The notes below the pieces were generated by a model that saw only the letters and a list, made by a program, of their open reading frames with translations, did not search any database and had not been told where the DNA came from. A DNA stretch of 64,000 bases from a virus. The translations under genes were made by a program, and so were the position numbers. Shown piece by piece: positions 9,321-18,891 of this stretch (position 1 is its first letter; the number at the start of each line of letters is the position of its first letter). Location: IMG/VR virus record IMGVR_UViG_3300045988_157190, positions 32,001 to 96,000 of that record; one strand, written 5' to 3'.

Positions 9321-10560
9321 TTGAAAATGAAATTAGTGTATAAATTCAATATAGGACAAAATGAAGATATATCATCCTTGTGCAAGATTAGCAATAACTT
9401 GTACAATCAGGCGTTATATATTTTCAGAGAAACGCTCTCTAAAGAAGATAAGTGGTTATCTTATTTTGAACTTGATTCTATTATGAAGAAAACCAAGAAC
9501 TTGGATGGAGATATTAATTATAGACTATTAAAGGCACAATGTTCCCAGCAGATTCTTAGGGTATTGGATAAAAACATTAAAAGCTACTATAAATCAGCCC
9601 AAGATTATAAGAAGTATCCCAGTAAATATAAAGAAAAACCTGGACTTCCAAGTTACAAAAAGAGAGGTTCGGAATTTTCTTTATATTATACGAATCAAAG
9701 TTGTAAGATTGAAGACGGAAAAATTATTTTATCAAAAGAGCTTTCAATAAGTATTCCTCAATATGAGAAGTATTCTGATTTGATAAAAGATTTCCAACAA
9801 GTTAGAATAAAACCATTAAATAAAGGATATAAAGTCGAGGTAATTTACGAAGTTAAAGATGTTGAAACACCTAAAGAGAGAAAAGAAAAAATTGCTTCAA
9901 TTGATTTGGGGATTGACAATTTGGTAACTCTTATCAGTGAGGATTTTGTTATCCTTTTTAGTGGTAAATTCATCAAATCATACAATCGATTTTTCAATAA
10001 GAAACTTGCTAAACTAAATAGTATCAAGGATTTGCAAAAGATAAAAGGAACAACAAGACGAATAAAGAAATTATATTATGATAGAGAACAGTACATAGAA
10101 GATGTCTTTCATAAAATTAGTAGAAAGATAGTTGATTTGCTTGTTGATTTTAAGATAACAAAATTAGTTGTAGGCTATAACAAGGGGTGGAAACAAAATG
10201 TAAATATAGGCAAAAAAGAATAACCAAAAGTTTGTACAAATCCCTTTTGCGAGATTGGTTAGTTACTTAGAATATAAATGCGAGTTAGCTGGTATTGAAA
10301 TAGTTATTCATGAAGAATCATATACTTCAAAATGTGATTCATTAGCATTTGAGAAGATAGGAAGACATAAGAGCTATTTAGGAAGAAGAAAGAAACGAGG
10401 ATTGTTTCAATCATCAGTAGGAAAACTTATTAATGCTGATGTAAATGGTGCATTGAACATTATGAGAAAAGTAGTCGGTGATTCCTGTGAATCTATTCAA
10501 AGGATAATCGATAGAGGGTTATTGTTTAACCCAGTAAGGATTACGAATGTATTTTGTTAA
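9321..10560 (+). pseudogene. tnpB: TnpB-like RuvC nuclease, copy A, split by a +1 frameshift in an A6 run
   Basis: ORFs 9321-10223 and 10255-10560 align end to end with the intact copies. Removing one A from 10212-10217 restores ...NIGKKNNQKFVQIPFARLVSYLEYKCE.... The D (SIDLGIDNL), E (EESYTSK) and D (NADVNG) residues are retained. Confidence 0.8.
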
Positions 10561-10660
10561 GAAAGTATATTCTGAAACTTATAAAGAAATGTAATAGATT
10601 TAATATTTTCATAACATGTTTTCCTACTTTTTCACAAGTACAATTTAAAAACAACAAGAC

Positions 10661-10909
10661 ATGAGCAGAAAGAAAGAAACAGAGCTTCAAAAGCTCATTA
10701 GACATATTAATTCCATAGACCGTCCATTTGAGTTTTACGATGTGTCGAGATGTAATTTATTCTTTAACGGTACACTTAGAAAAACTATTACCTATCTTTA
10801 CAGAGCGGGATTTATAGAACGGATTGAAAGAGGACGTTATAAACGCCTTAAAACAATCCCGGAGAATATAACTACTGTGGAGTTAGAAAAAATGGCTTAC
10901 AAACGATAA
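10661..10909 (+). CDS. small winged-helix-like protein
   Basis: YLYRAGFIERIERGRYKRL resembles a wHTH wing. Weak. Confidence 0.5.
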   Translation: MSRKKETELQKLIRHINSIDRPFEFYDVSRCNLFFNGTLRKTITYLYRAGFIERIERGRYKRLKTIPENITTVELEKMAYKR

Positions 10910-10914
10910 AAGAT

Positions 10915-11202
10915 ATGGAATTTTCGACAATTTGCATTGTATTACTGGGAATAATAACGGTTTTCCTATTGGGGACTGTATTTGTTCTTTGGTTGAGAGT
11001 TAAGAACTTGAGACACTACTGCATGGCAATAGATTCAAGAATTGATTCTGTAAGACTTAACTATCTCATAGGTTTTAGAAACCTCTTGATTCAGCAGGAA
11101 AAGTTTGAAGATGTAGAATACATAGACGAACTGATCAAAGACGAATATCCCGACATAAACCTAAAGGAAGTGACAGTAGAAGACATGCTTGATTTATTAT
11201 AA
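10915..11202 (+). CDS. single-pass membrane protein
   Basis: N-terminal TM ICIVLLGIITVFLLGTVFVLWL with an acidic C-terminus. Confidence 0.6.
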   Translation: MEFSTICIVLLGIITVFLLGTVFVLWLRVKNLRHYCMAIDSRIDSVRLNYLIGFRNLLIQQEKFEDVEYIDELIKDEYPDINLKEVTVEDMLDLL

Positions 11203-11223
11203 ACTTTTAAAAATCAATTGATT

Positions 11224-11655
11224 ATGGAGATTAAAGTAAAAAGAATAACACCTATTGATTATCCCTATACAATAGGAAAGATGTACATTGATGAGACTTA
11301 TTTTTGTGACACCTTGGAAGATCGTGTAAGAGACAAGGACAAGTCCGGTAAATTTGACAACGGGGAAACAAAAGTATATGGCGAATCCGCTATTCCTTAC
11401 GGACGATACAAAGTTGTTGTAAATATGTCTCCCCGGTTTAAAAGAGAACTACCCTTATTGCTGGACGTCCCTCATTTTGAGGGTATTAGAATCCACAGAG
11501 GGAATACAGACAAGGATAGCTCCGGCTGTATTCTTGTGGGGGAAAACAAGGTGAAAGGGAAAGTTATCAATTCCACACCTTATGAACAAAAAATTGTTGC
11601 TATTCTAAAAGAAGCACAGGACAAAGGGGAAGATATTTGGATCACAATTGAGTAA
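11224..11655 (+). CDS. YkuD/L,D-transpeptidase-fold-like protein (possible cell-wall enzyme)
   Basis: IRIHRGNTDKDSSGCILVG matches the His...Ser-x-Gly-Cys active-site pattern of the L,D-transpeptidase fold. ATG at 11224 is preferred over TTG at 11218. Confidence 0.5.
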   Translation: MEIKVKRITPIDYPYTIGKMYIDETYFCDTLEDRVRDKDKSGKFDNGETKVYGESAIPYGRYKVVVNMSPRFKRELPLLLDVPHFEGIRIHRGNTDKDSSGCILVGENKVKGKVINSTPYEQKIVAILKEAQDKGEDIWITIE

Positions 11656-11855
11656 GAAATATATACCTGTATAATTGTTTATAGTTAATCGAGTTGCAAA
11701 CCCATTAAAAGAAAGGAGGTGAGAGCATGAAATAGCAAAAATCTATTCTAAATTCCTCTATGAACAAATCTAAGTTTTAATAAAGGAGGATGCCGAAAAT
11801 CCTTAACAGAGTAGGTACATTAACAATCTCGTTGTTAGTAAATTACGTTAATCAA

Positions 11856-11910
11856 GAAAGGGCTTTGAACACAATCTGTAAAAATCGGTTCTTAGCCCTT
11901 TCGTCTTTAA
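11856..11910 (+). terminator. hairpin at the end of the + replication block
   Basis: gaaagggct (11856-11864) pairs with agccctttc (11894-11902). The loop is long and the T-tract weak. Confidence 0.35.
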
Positions 11911-11921
11911 AAACTAATAGT

Positions 11922-12077
11922 ATGCCTTACGAAAAGAAGAATATTGAAACTCCCAAAAAGAAACCTATGATCATTCCGGTAAAGAATGCTGCTCCTGCTT
12001 GGACAAAGACAAAGGTACGGAACATTATGCGTGATTCCAAATATCCCGAACTTCATGGAGAGATGTATCTGGGTTAA
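11922..12077 (+). CDS. small basic protein (short version of track ORF 11790-12077)
   Basis: The N-terminal part of the track ORF overlaps a hairpin/terminator. The internal ATG at 11922 gives MPYEKKN.... Confidence 0.3.
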   Translation: MPYEKKNIETPKKKPMIIPVKNAAPAWTKTKVRNIMRDSKYPELHGEMYLG

Positions 12078-12589
12078 GAATAAGCCCGGAAAATAGTTTT
12101 TGTATTGGGTATGATCGACCGGTCATATTTTGCTTTCAATCTGAACAAGATTTCCCTTTGAAGGGCTGATTCTTGGTTTTTCAGTTTCAATACTGTTCCC
12201 CGGTAGTCCGATACAATCCATTTTCCGTCTTTCTTTTCCAAAAGAGACAAACGCGATCTTATATCCCCATTTACAAACACTTTTATAGATGGGGATATTT
12301 TTATTTTCGCGTCCTTTACATTTACCAGATACTTTTTCAGTTCCGGTAGCATTCTTTTCCTTCCATCACTGCCTGCATCACCTTCCAGATACTTTATAAA
12401 CTTTTCTATTCCTTTTATCTTCCGGTCTATACTTTCTTCTTTTTCTCCCGACAGGGCTATTTTCAAATTCCGTCTTGTAATAGGTTTAATGATCGTACTT
12501 CCCCACAGGAAACCGTTGGAGGGACAAAGCTCGTTGAACCTTTCCACTCTTTTTATATAGAGGTTTATCTTTCTTTCCTTGTTCGTCAT
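12074..12589 (-). CDS. hypothetical protein
   Basis: ORF track. Converges on the + block with a 4-nt overlap. Confidence 0.6.
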   Translation of the reverse strand: MTNKERKINLYIKRVERFNELCPSNGFLWGSTIIKPITRRNLKIALSGEKEESIDRKIKGIEKFIKYLEGDAGSDGRKRMLPELKKYLVNVKDAKIKISPSIKVFVNGDIRSRLSLLEKKDGKWIVSDYRGTVLKLKNQESALQREILFRLKAKYDRSIIPNTKTIFRAYS

Positions 12590-12601
12590 AGCTCCCTTTC
12601 C

Positions 12602-13741
12602 CTATTTAAGTCGTAAAGCCTTTAATCTGTCCTTTACAGAGGCTTTTCTTTCATCATCTATATAAGTAGCCTCCTGCACTTCATAAGGCGTCATTTCGTC
12701 TAAGAACTTCTTGTTTTGCTTTTCCAGTTCTTCCCAATTGGCTGCACGGATCAGATCGCCCGGAAGCATAATCTTTTCCCTACCCAGAATAGTTTTATTG
12801 AAACCATTGAAGTCCTTGTAGTAGCTTGTTGCAAGCTGATGTACCAATACAGTAGGGTCAAGACCTGATTTTGCGGCGACAAGGCCTATTATGATAGAAT
12901 TGATAGGAAGTGTTCGAAATACACGAGAAACGTTTTCTTGTCCATGCAAGGTAGCGACAATATCTATTTTCCCGTCTACGGTCAACTTTAGTTCATTGCC
13001 TTTTACTTCTTTCCGGGCTTGCTCCAGCATGTTTCTTATTTCCCGCTCGAATATCAATGCCTTTTCTTCCTTTTCTCCTGCAAGGTATTTTTGATACCGG
13101 TGCTGTAGGTCTATTATGATAGTGTTTATGATCTGTAGCCGTCCGGCTTCCGTTGCTACCTTATATTGATTGGATGAAGCAAGAAATACGGCACGTTTGC
13201 TTTCGATTTCCGCTTTCTTTTTGGCGAAGATGGCTTGCAGTTCCTTTTGGGTAAGTTTTATCTTCTTTTCTTCCTTTAGGATTTTCTGGACATCATCAAC
13301 GCCGTTCATCTCCCCAAACAGTTTCACGATATAGGACATGATCTCCGGCGTGACGGAAGAAAGCATTTCTTTTCGATAAATGTCGTTGAATACCTCTTTG
13401 CACCTCTTTATTTCTTCTATGAGAGGCATAACATACATTTCTTTGTGCCGTTGTGCTTTCTTTACGTCCGATTCCTTTCCACCGTGACGAAGGATAAAAC
13501 CCTTTGCAGAATAGCTTTTTAAGTCGGCCGTGATCTCCTCCCCGTCCTTACCTTCAAAGACAAAGAAACGGTAAGACGATTCAGATAGTGCCCTTTCTGC
13601 CGTTTCCAAAGCGACAAAAGCGTTTTTTAGCTCACTGGAAGCGGTCTGGATCACTTCTGGAGCTTGTTCTATTATTTCCACAAAGTCCTTTTGGGAAATA
13701 GCCGGTAAATCTTTATTAGTAAGTTGTTTCCCCTTCTGCAT
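12602..13741 (-). CDS. hypothetical protein (coiled-coil rich)
   Basis: 379-aa ORF. No motif recognised. Confidence 0.65.
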   Translation of the reverse strand: MQKGKQLTNKDLPAISQKDFVEIIEQAPEVIQTASSELKNAFVALETAERALSESSYRFFVFEGKDGEEITADLKSYSAKGFILRHGGKESDVKKAQRHKEMYVMPLIEEIKRCKEVFNDIYRKEMLSSVTPEIMSYIVKLFGEMNGVDDVQKILKEEKKIKLTQKELQAIFAKKKAEIESKRAVFLASSNQYKVATEAGRLQIINTIIIDLQHRYQKYLAGEKEEKALIFEREIRNMLEQARKEVKGNELKLTVDGKIDIVATLHGQENVSRVFRTLPINSIIIGLVAAKSGLDPTVLVHQLATSYYKDFNGFNKTILGREKIMLPGDLIRAANWEELEKQNKKFLDEMTPYEVQEATYIDDERKASVKDRLKALRLK

Positions 13742-13886
13742 TGTTCAATTCTTCGATTTGAGATTTGGAAAGCTGTGCACTATTATATTCAAAACATTCT
13801 GATTTGTCCACATAAGGACATTCGATTTTGTATCTACAGTTATCGCAAACTATAGAAGGTTTGTCTACAGACTTTTGTAACTTCAT
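13716..13886 (-). CDS. small Cys-rich (zinc-ribbon-like) protein, not in ORF track
   Basis: Hand-translated as MKLQKSVDKPSIVCDNCRYKIECPYVDKSECFEYNSAQLSKSQIEELNNAEGETTY. Overlaps the downstream start by 26 nt. Confidence 0.35.
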   Translation of the reverse strand: MKLQKSVDKPSIVCDNCRYKIECPYVDKSECFEYNSAQLSKSQIEELNNAEGETTY

Positions 13887-13943
13887 TTTGACAAAAATTT
13901 AATGGTTGTTTTTATTATGTGACAAAACTACACTAAAGAAAGG

Positions 13944-13988
13944 ACAAAAACAAAAGTCCTTACCTATACATCGCGTACCGGTAAGGAC
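13944..13988 (-). terminator. Rho-independent terminator
   Basis: On the - strand, gtccttacc...ggtaaggac is followed by ttttgttttt. Confidence 0.6.
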
Positions 13989-14109
13989 AAAATAATAACA
14001 TAAACTAATTAAACTACTAAATACCAATTGAATAACTAAACTAATAATATAACAAACATAAAATTTTCTACACATAGCAAAGATATACAAATCTTTTTCT
14101 TTGGAAAGG

Positions 14110-14496
14110 CTAAACACTTTCAAAATATGCAACCTCTTTAAGCTGATACATTTTCAGTCTTTCTCCGTTTTCTATTTTGTAGCCGACATATACCAATTTA
14201 TAAAGGAACTGATAAAAGTTGCCCGGCAAAAATTTCTTTTTGTTTTTCTTTAGGATATTCTTTACAAAATATCCTTTACAGAAAAAACCTTGTAACTTTT
14301 TTGAATCATTCAATAGAAGTACATTCACAATATCTACAGATTTGTTCAAATAGAAGCACGGCACGCCGGCATTGTATTTCCATGTTACAAACTTAACATT
14401 GTCTTTTGTGTAATACTTCATTCTATTCTTTCCTTTTCCTTTCCTTATCTGCCTTTTAGAGACAAACAAGGAAAGGAATTTGTTTAACCGGATCAT
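14110..14496 (-). CDS. hypothetical basic protein
   Basis: ORF track. A terminator follows it on the - strand. Confidence 0.55.
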   Translation of the reverse strand: MIRLNKFLSLFVSKRQIRKGKGKNRMKYYTKDNVKFVTWKYNAGVPCFYLNKSVDIVNVLLLNDSKKLQGFFCKGYFVKNILKKNKKKFLPGNFYQFLYKLVYVGYKIENGERLKMYQLKEVAYFESV

Positions 14497-14500
14497 AGCG

Positions 14501-16267
14501 TTACATGCTTTCGTTTATCTTTTGTAATACACTTTGCAACACACTGTCGCCGTTGAAAGTTGTTTCTATTATAGTATTTGTATTTCCATCACCATAAGTA
14601 AACACTATTTTCCCGGTTTTATCATATAGCTTTATATCCTGTATAACTTTTAACTCTTTTGGGCTATCCTGTTTTACTTTAGATATGATACTTTCCAGGT
14701 TAAGTCCGGTTACCTCTAACATATCGTCCGTATAGTCCGAGACATTAAAATCAAAATAGCTTTCATTCTCTTTATTCTGGACAAAGTTATACGCTTCAAA
14801 CTCGTTTTTAAATACTTTTTCTTTTCCGTTCTTGAATAGGTGGAATGTTTGCGCGTTCGGTTGCTCCCAATGATAACCGTCTTTCTCCATAAAGAAAAAT
14901 ACTTTGTTTGTAGCACTTTCTTTGCTCTCCTGTAGGTTTGTATCATTTTTATTTTCCGACGTTCCTACAGGCTTAATATCTGTGTCCGGTTCTTTTGTTT
15001 CTTTTCCACAATAAACAGACGTTAACTTATCCGGGAAATAATCGTTCTTATCTCTAATTGAATTAAAATAATTAATTTTGTTATCAATCATAAAACAGTT
15101 GTCACAGTTGTCAGAGACAAAAGAAAGTTTACAATAACTATATTCTTTTGTAAAATATATTTCGCCGTTCCAACCGTCCAGACAAGAAAGTACTTTACTT
15201 AATCTATTATCTGATCTATAACTAAAATTAGACGGTTCAGACAATTGTACAAACAATTCTCCGTATTTATTCTCTGTATCACTTATTCCTAATTCTGTAA
15301 TATAATTTACTCTTAATCGGTCTGATCCTTTTTCTATCTCAAAAGAAACAAATTCGGAGACTTTAGATATAGTTTTTAAATCCTTTGTAAACTGTTTATC
15401 GTCCTTAACCGTTAATTTTAATTCTTTATATAAAATAGGATAAACAGATTCTATATTTACGTTTTTATCAGAATCATAGTAGCTACATTCAAACATTTCA
15501 CCTTTATCTGTTACGATCGTTACGACTGTTTGCTCTTCTTTATCGTCGCTATTGACAATAATATGGCATTCTTTCCCTACCAACTTTTTAAAGGTGTCAA
15601 AAGATATACATATATGCTTATCCCAATCGCCAAAAAGATTAGATATTTTCACGTTTCTACTTTTACAAATAAACGCATTAGTAGCATATATTTTGCTTAA
15701 ATTTATATCTATCAAAATATTGTTATCAATATATCGACTTGAATTTTTGGTTTTTACAGTTAGAAACGTTTTGTCTTTCTTATTAAATATAATATCAAAA
15801 GAACAAATACAATTATCCTCGCTTTCTTGTACCTGATTTCCTTCTTTGACAAATTCTAATTTTTCTTTGGCGCCGGACAACTGTTTGAACCTTTCCAAAT
15901 ATTCAAACACTTTGACTATATCAAAACTGCATTTAAAATTGTCTTTTTCAATAGAGACAATATTATTAGACACCTTACATACATAAGACACGCTATTTAT
16001 AAAAAAAGAATCAATATTTGAATAATAAGGACTTTTGTGTAGTATTTTTGTCACTTGTTCTTTTTCTTTCTCTGTTAGTCTTTCTGCTTTCCCTTGCTTT
16101 GTTTCAAGGCTTTCGCAGTTTGCGATATAGGCGTAAACGTCTTTCAATGTATATACGCCCGGTTTTTCGTTTTTAAAAAGTTCTTGGAAGTATGCTCTTG
16201 CGATTTCCAACAATTCAACAAAAATTTCCATGAATAAAGTATTTGTACTGTTATTAGTTGCTTTCAT
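14501..16267 (-). CDS. hypothetical 588-aa protein (faint sliding-clamp-like pattern in the C-terminal half)
   Basis: Long uninterrupted ORF. VYPILYKEL...RLSKVLSCLDG loosely recalls the DnaN domain pattern. Not reliable. Confidence 0.6.
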   Translation of the reverse strand: MKATNNSTNTLFMEIFVELLEIARAYFQELFKNEKPGVYTLKDVYAYIANCESLETKQGKAERLTEKEKEQVTKILHKSPYYSNIDSFFINSVSYVCKVSNNIVSIEKDNFKCSFDIVKVFEYLERFKQLSGAKEKLEFVKEGNQVQESEDNCICSFDIIFNKKDKTFLTVKTKNSSRYIDNNILIDINLSKIYATNAFICKSRNVKISNLFGDWDKHICISFDTFKKLVGKECHIIVNSDDKEEQTVVTIVTDKGEMFECSYYDSDKNVNIESVYPILYKELKLTVKDDKQFTKDLKTISKVSEFVSFEIEKGSDRLRVNYITELGISDTENKYGELFVQLSEPSNFSYRSDNRLSKVLSCLDGWNGEIYFTKEYSYCKLSFVSDNCDNCFMIDNKINYFNSIRDKNDYFPDKLTSVYCGKETKEPDTDIKPVGTSENKNDTNLQESKESATNKVFFFMEKDGYHWEQPNAQTFHLFKNGKEKVFKNEFEAYNFVQNKENESYFDFNVSDYTDDMLEVTGLNLESIISKVKQDSPKELKVIQDIKLYDKTGKIVFTYGDGNTNTIIETTFNGDSVLQSVLQKINESM

Positions 16268-16387
16268 TTTATTATCTCCTATTAGTTTAGTTATTGTTAT
16301 TAATTGTTTATATAGCTCCCTATTGTTGTACCCTTCAAAAGAAGCATAAAAGTTTTGAAGCCTTTTCGCTTACTAATCTTATTTGTA

Positions 16388-16699
16388 TTATTTTAAATTT
16401 ATTCGTATAACTGTATTTCTGTTTTTACAAATATCGCCGTATTTCCCTATATGGTCACAAAAATATTTAGCTGTCGTTAAACTTGTGTAATTGTCACCTG
16501 GGTACAACTGATTCAAATTATTTATTATGTTTAAATCGTTTTCACTCTTTACTGTTTTGTTCATACTATTACGAAAGATATCACTTACTTTTGTGTTAAA
16601 AACAAGCATTTCCGAAGGCGTAGCAAATACATTCAGGCGACAATTATATACTGTTCCACTTGCAAAAAGTCTTTTATGATATGATACTTTTATTTTCAT
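16388..16699 (-). CDS. hypothetical protein
   Basis: ORF track. Confidence 0.55.
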   Translation of the reverse strand: MKIKVSYHKRLFASGTVYNCRLNVFATPSEMLVFNTKVSDIFRNSMNKTVKSENDLNIINNLNQLYPGDNYTSLTTAKYFCDHIGKYGDICKNRNTVIRINLK

Positions 16700-16758
16700 C
16701 TCTATATATTTTTAAATTGATAAATTGAATAAAATAAGTGAGTAAACAGGTAGGGCGA

Positions 16759-17721
16759 TTATTCCCTACCTTTGTCTAAATTTGTTACCTCTATTCCTTC
16801 TGGTAGGGTATTACTGCACACAAGTTCGTTGATTAAATCAGAAGGAATCTTTTTGCAGCAATCTAACCAATTAAAGCAAAGCTCGTTTTTATGATCGTAA
16901 AGGGTAACGTTATCCCAACTTATGCCAAAAGAAACAACTGCCTTTTTTACTTCATAAATTCTTTTTGCTTTTTCTACACTTTTGGCAAACTCTTTTTCAA
17001 TCTCTGCAAGTTCTTCTAACCGTTTCTTTGTTCTTGTAATTTCTTCACGCGCTTGTTTCATTTCTTTTGTCGCGTAACCATGTTTAAACAAATAGGCCAT
17101 GTCGTTACACTTTTCCGCGTCAAACTGTTTATAAACTCTATCTTTATTTTCAATTTTCAAGGTTAAGCCCGTTTTTGCTTCCATCTCCCGAATGGCTTCA
17201 TCTGCTTGCTTTTTCCAAATACCAGCAACGCCCAAGTAAAAAACAAGGTAGTGAAATAAATCTTTGTTGTCTGAAGCGTTACGTAATATTTCAATAGCTT
17301 CCAAATTAGAAATATTATACATTTCCGCTATTTGTTCATTTGTTTCGCCTTCATTGATATGAAAGCGAATGTCATCTATAAACATTGGCTGCCCTAAATG
17401 ATTGCAAGTATGCAGCTTTTCAAACATAGAAAGCTCAGGTTTTAAGTAGGCGATAATGTCACCTATTGCGCCGGAAATCAAAGTATAATAACGTCCGTTG
17501 TTCTTCTTTACCTTAATTTCGCCGGTAAAACTAAAGGTTAAATGTCCGTTTTTGCAATCATCATTTAACCCAATATAGTAGGCAAAAGAATAACATTTAC
17601 CGCCTTCAAAAAGAGTGTTATCTACTTGTGTGTCCTCTTTAAAGAACTTAGAAAATGATCCAAAGAAACCAATACGATTTACAGTTACCTTGTTTTCGTT
17701 GTTATTTACTGTAGTTGTCAT
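16759..17721 (-). CDS. hypothetical protein
   Basis: 320-aa ORF. No motif recognised. Confidence 0.6.
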   Translation of the reverse strand: MTTTVNNNENKVTVNRIGFFGSFSKFFKEDTQVDNTLFEGGKCYSFAYYIGLNDDCKNGHLTFSFTGEIKVKKNNGRYYTLISGAIGDIIAYLKPELSMFEKLHTCNHLGQPMFIDDIRFHINEGETNEQIAEMYNISNLEAIEILRNASDNKDLFHYLVFYLGVAGIWKKQADEAIREMEAKTGLTLKIENKDRVYKQFDAEKCNDMAYLFKHGYATKEMKQAREEITRTKKRLEELAEIEKEFAKSVEKAKRIYEVKKAVVSFGISWDNVTLYDHKNELCFNWLDCCKKIPSDLINELVCSNTLPEGIEVTNLDKGRE

Positions 17722-17783
17722 AACTTAATCGCGTTTTGTCAAGGTTTGCGCACCTTGCTTAATTAGTTTAGTTAGTTGCTTTA

Positions 17784-18056
17784 TTAATAAGTTAAAATTT
17801 GTACTTTATACCCGTCTTTCCCGGAAAATTGATATATTTCGCTTGTTGCTTCTGCATATTCGCTTTCGATTATATCTAAACAGCCTTTCACTTTTCCGTC
17901 AAAAGAGTAAGTTTTAAGTTCCTTAATAAATTCTACGCAATCACCCTGTAATAGGGTTAAACCATTACCGCCACACCCTAAAGTTGCTACAATAACAGTA
18001 TTACTATTTTTCAATTCTGTAGCAATAAATTCAAAAATTTGTTCTTTCGCCTTCAT
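17784..18056 (-). CDS. hypothetical acidic protein
   Basis: First gene after repeat copy 1 and its operator/promoter. Confidence 0.6.
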   Translation of the reverse strand: MKAKEQIFEFIATELKNSNTVIVATLGCGGNGLTLLQGDCVEFIKELKTYSFDGKVKGCLDIIESEYAEATSEIYQFSGKDGYKVQILTY

Positions 18057-18072
18057 GATCTCTATTTGTTTA

Positions 18073-18190
18073 TGTTATTGTTAGTTCTTTATCACATTAC
18101 AAATGTAACACTTTAATGTTACATACCAAAGGTTTTATAGTTAAGAAAGGTTAATTTGATGATTTTTCTTTGTTTTGTTTGTTACTTATA
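18073..18190. repeat. 118-bp perfect direct repeat, copy 1
   Basis: Identical to 18892-19009. Contains the operator/promoter and the last 40 nt of gene 18151-18357. Confidence 0.9.
18100..18123 (-). promoter_or_regulatory. operator palindrome + -7 box (inside repeat copy 1)
   Basis: The - strand reads tgtaacattaaagtgttacatttg, 44 nt upstream of the ATG at 18056. Confidence 0.6.
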
Positions 18191-18357
18191 AATGATTTTT
18201 CAACCAAAATATAAAGTAAAACTAAAACAATAGGAACAGATAAGATAACATGCAAAAAATTCTTTTCGTCTATAAATAGAATAATAAGAGTGATAACGAA
18301 AGAAATAAATACTACTTTCAAACCTTCTAATATTATTTGTATTGCTTTCAGTTTCAT
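18151..18357 (-). CDS. small two-TM membrane protein
   Basis: Two hydrophobic helices. Its last 40 nt lie inside the 118-bp direct repeat. Confidence 0.55.
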   Translation of the reverse strand: MKLKAIQIILEGLKVVFISFVITLIILFIDEKNFLHVILSVPIVLVLLYILVEKSFISNKQNKEKSSN

Positions 18358-18379
18358 AACTTTATTGTTTAACTGTTTA

Positions 18380-18592
18380 TTAAAGTGTATTATTTACATT
18401 TATTTTATAGGACTTTCCAAAAGAGACACCGCGCTTTGTATTTTCAATAGGTGTAAAAGTTACATTATTTCCGTTCCTATCGGCTCCATAAATACCCGTT
18501 GCACCTGTTTTGTTTTCCCTACAAAATTGCTTTGCTTTTTGAAGGCTGGAGAACTCCAGCCCATCAATTACCCATTTATATACGCGTTTCAT
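18380..18592 (-). CDS. hypothetical protein
   Basis: ORF track. Confidence 0.55.
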   Translation of the reverse strand: MKRVYKWVIDGLEFSSLQKAKQFCRENKTGATGIYGADRNGNNVTFTPIENTKRGVSFGKSYKINVNNTL

Positions 18593-18628
18593 TGTATTTG
18601 CAAATTTGACAATAGTTCTATTGCTCTT

Positions 18629-18871
18629 TTATTTCCTTTGTTTGCTTCTTGTTGCAATGTAGTGATTATGATTTTCCGGGTATTTTTTATCCCATTTGCA
18701 AGCCTTCGTATTTGAAAGCAAACATTTAATTTTGATTGTTTTACCTTCGTAGGAAATAGAAGTTTCTTTGCTATCACCGTTATTAATTATTGCCGGCTGA
18801 TCGTTAAATCTTTCTTCTTCGTTGTTAATTAACCCTTGTGCTTGCTTTGCATTAATTCTTGTTGCTTTCAT
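18629..18871 (-). CDS. hypothetical protein (3' end ambiguous, possible A6-run frameshift)
   Basis: First gene after repeat copy 2. The +1 frame (track ORF 18589-18777) continues past the T6/A6 run at 18683-18688 to an ATGA overlap with the next gene. Confidence 0.5.
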   Translation of the reverse strand: MKATRINAKQAQGLINNEEERFNDQPAIINNGDSKETSISYEGKTIKIKCLLSNTKACKWDKKYPENHNHYIATRSKQRK

Positions 18872-18891
18872 AACTTTGTTGTTTAATTAGT

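Noticed and set aside
11790-11921. N-terminal two-thirds of track ORF 11790-12077
   Set aside because: It overlaps a 9-bp-stem hairpin at the end of the operon and reads as an unconvincing peptide. Only the distal ATG (11922) version is kept, at low confidence.
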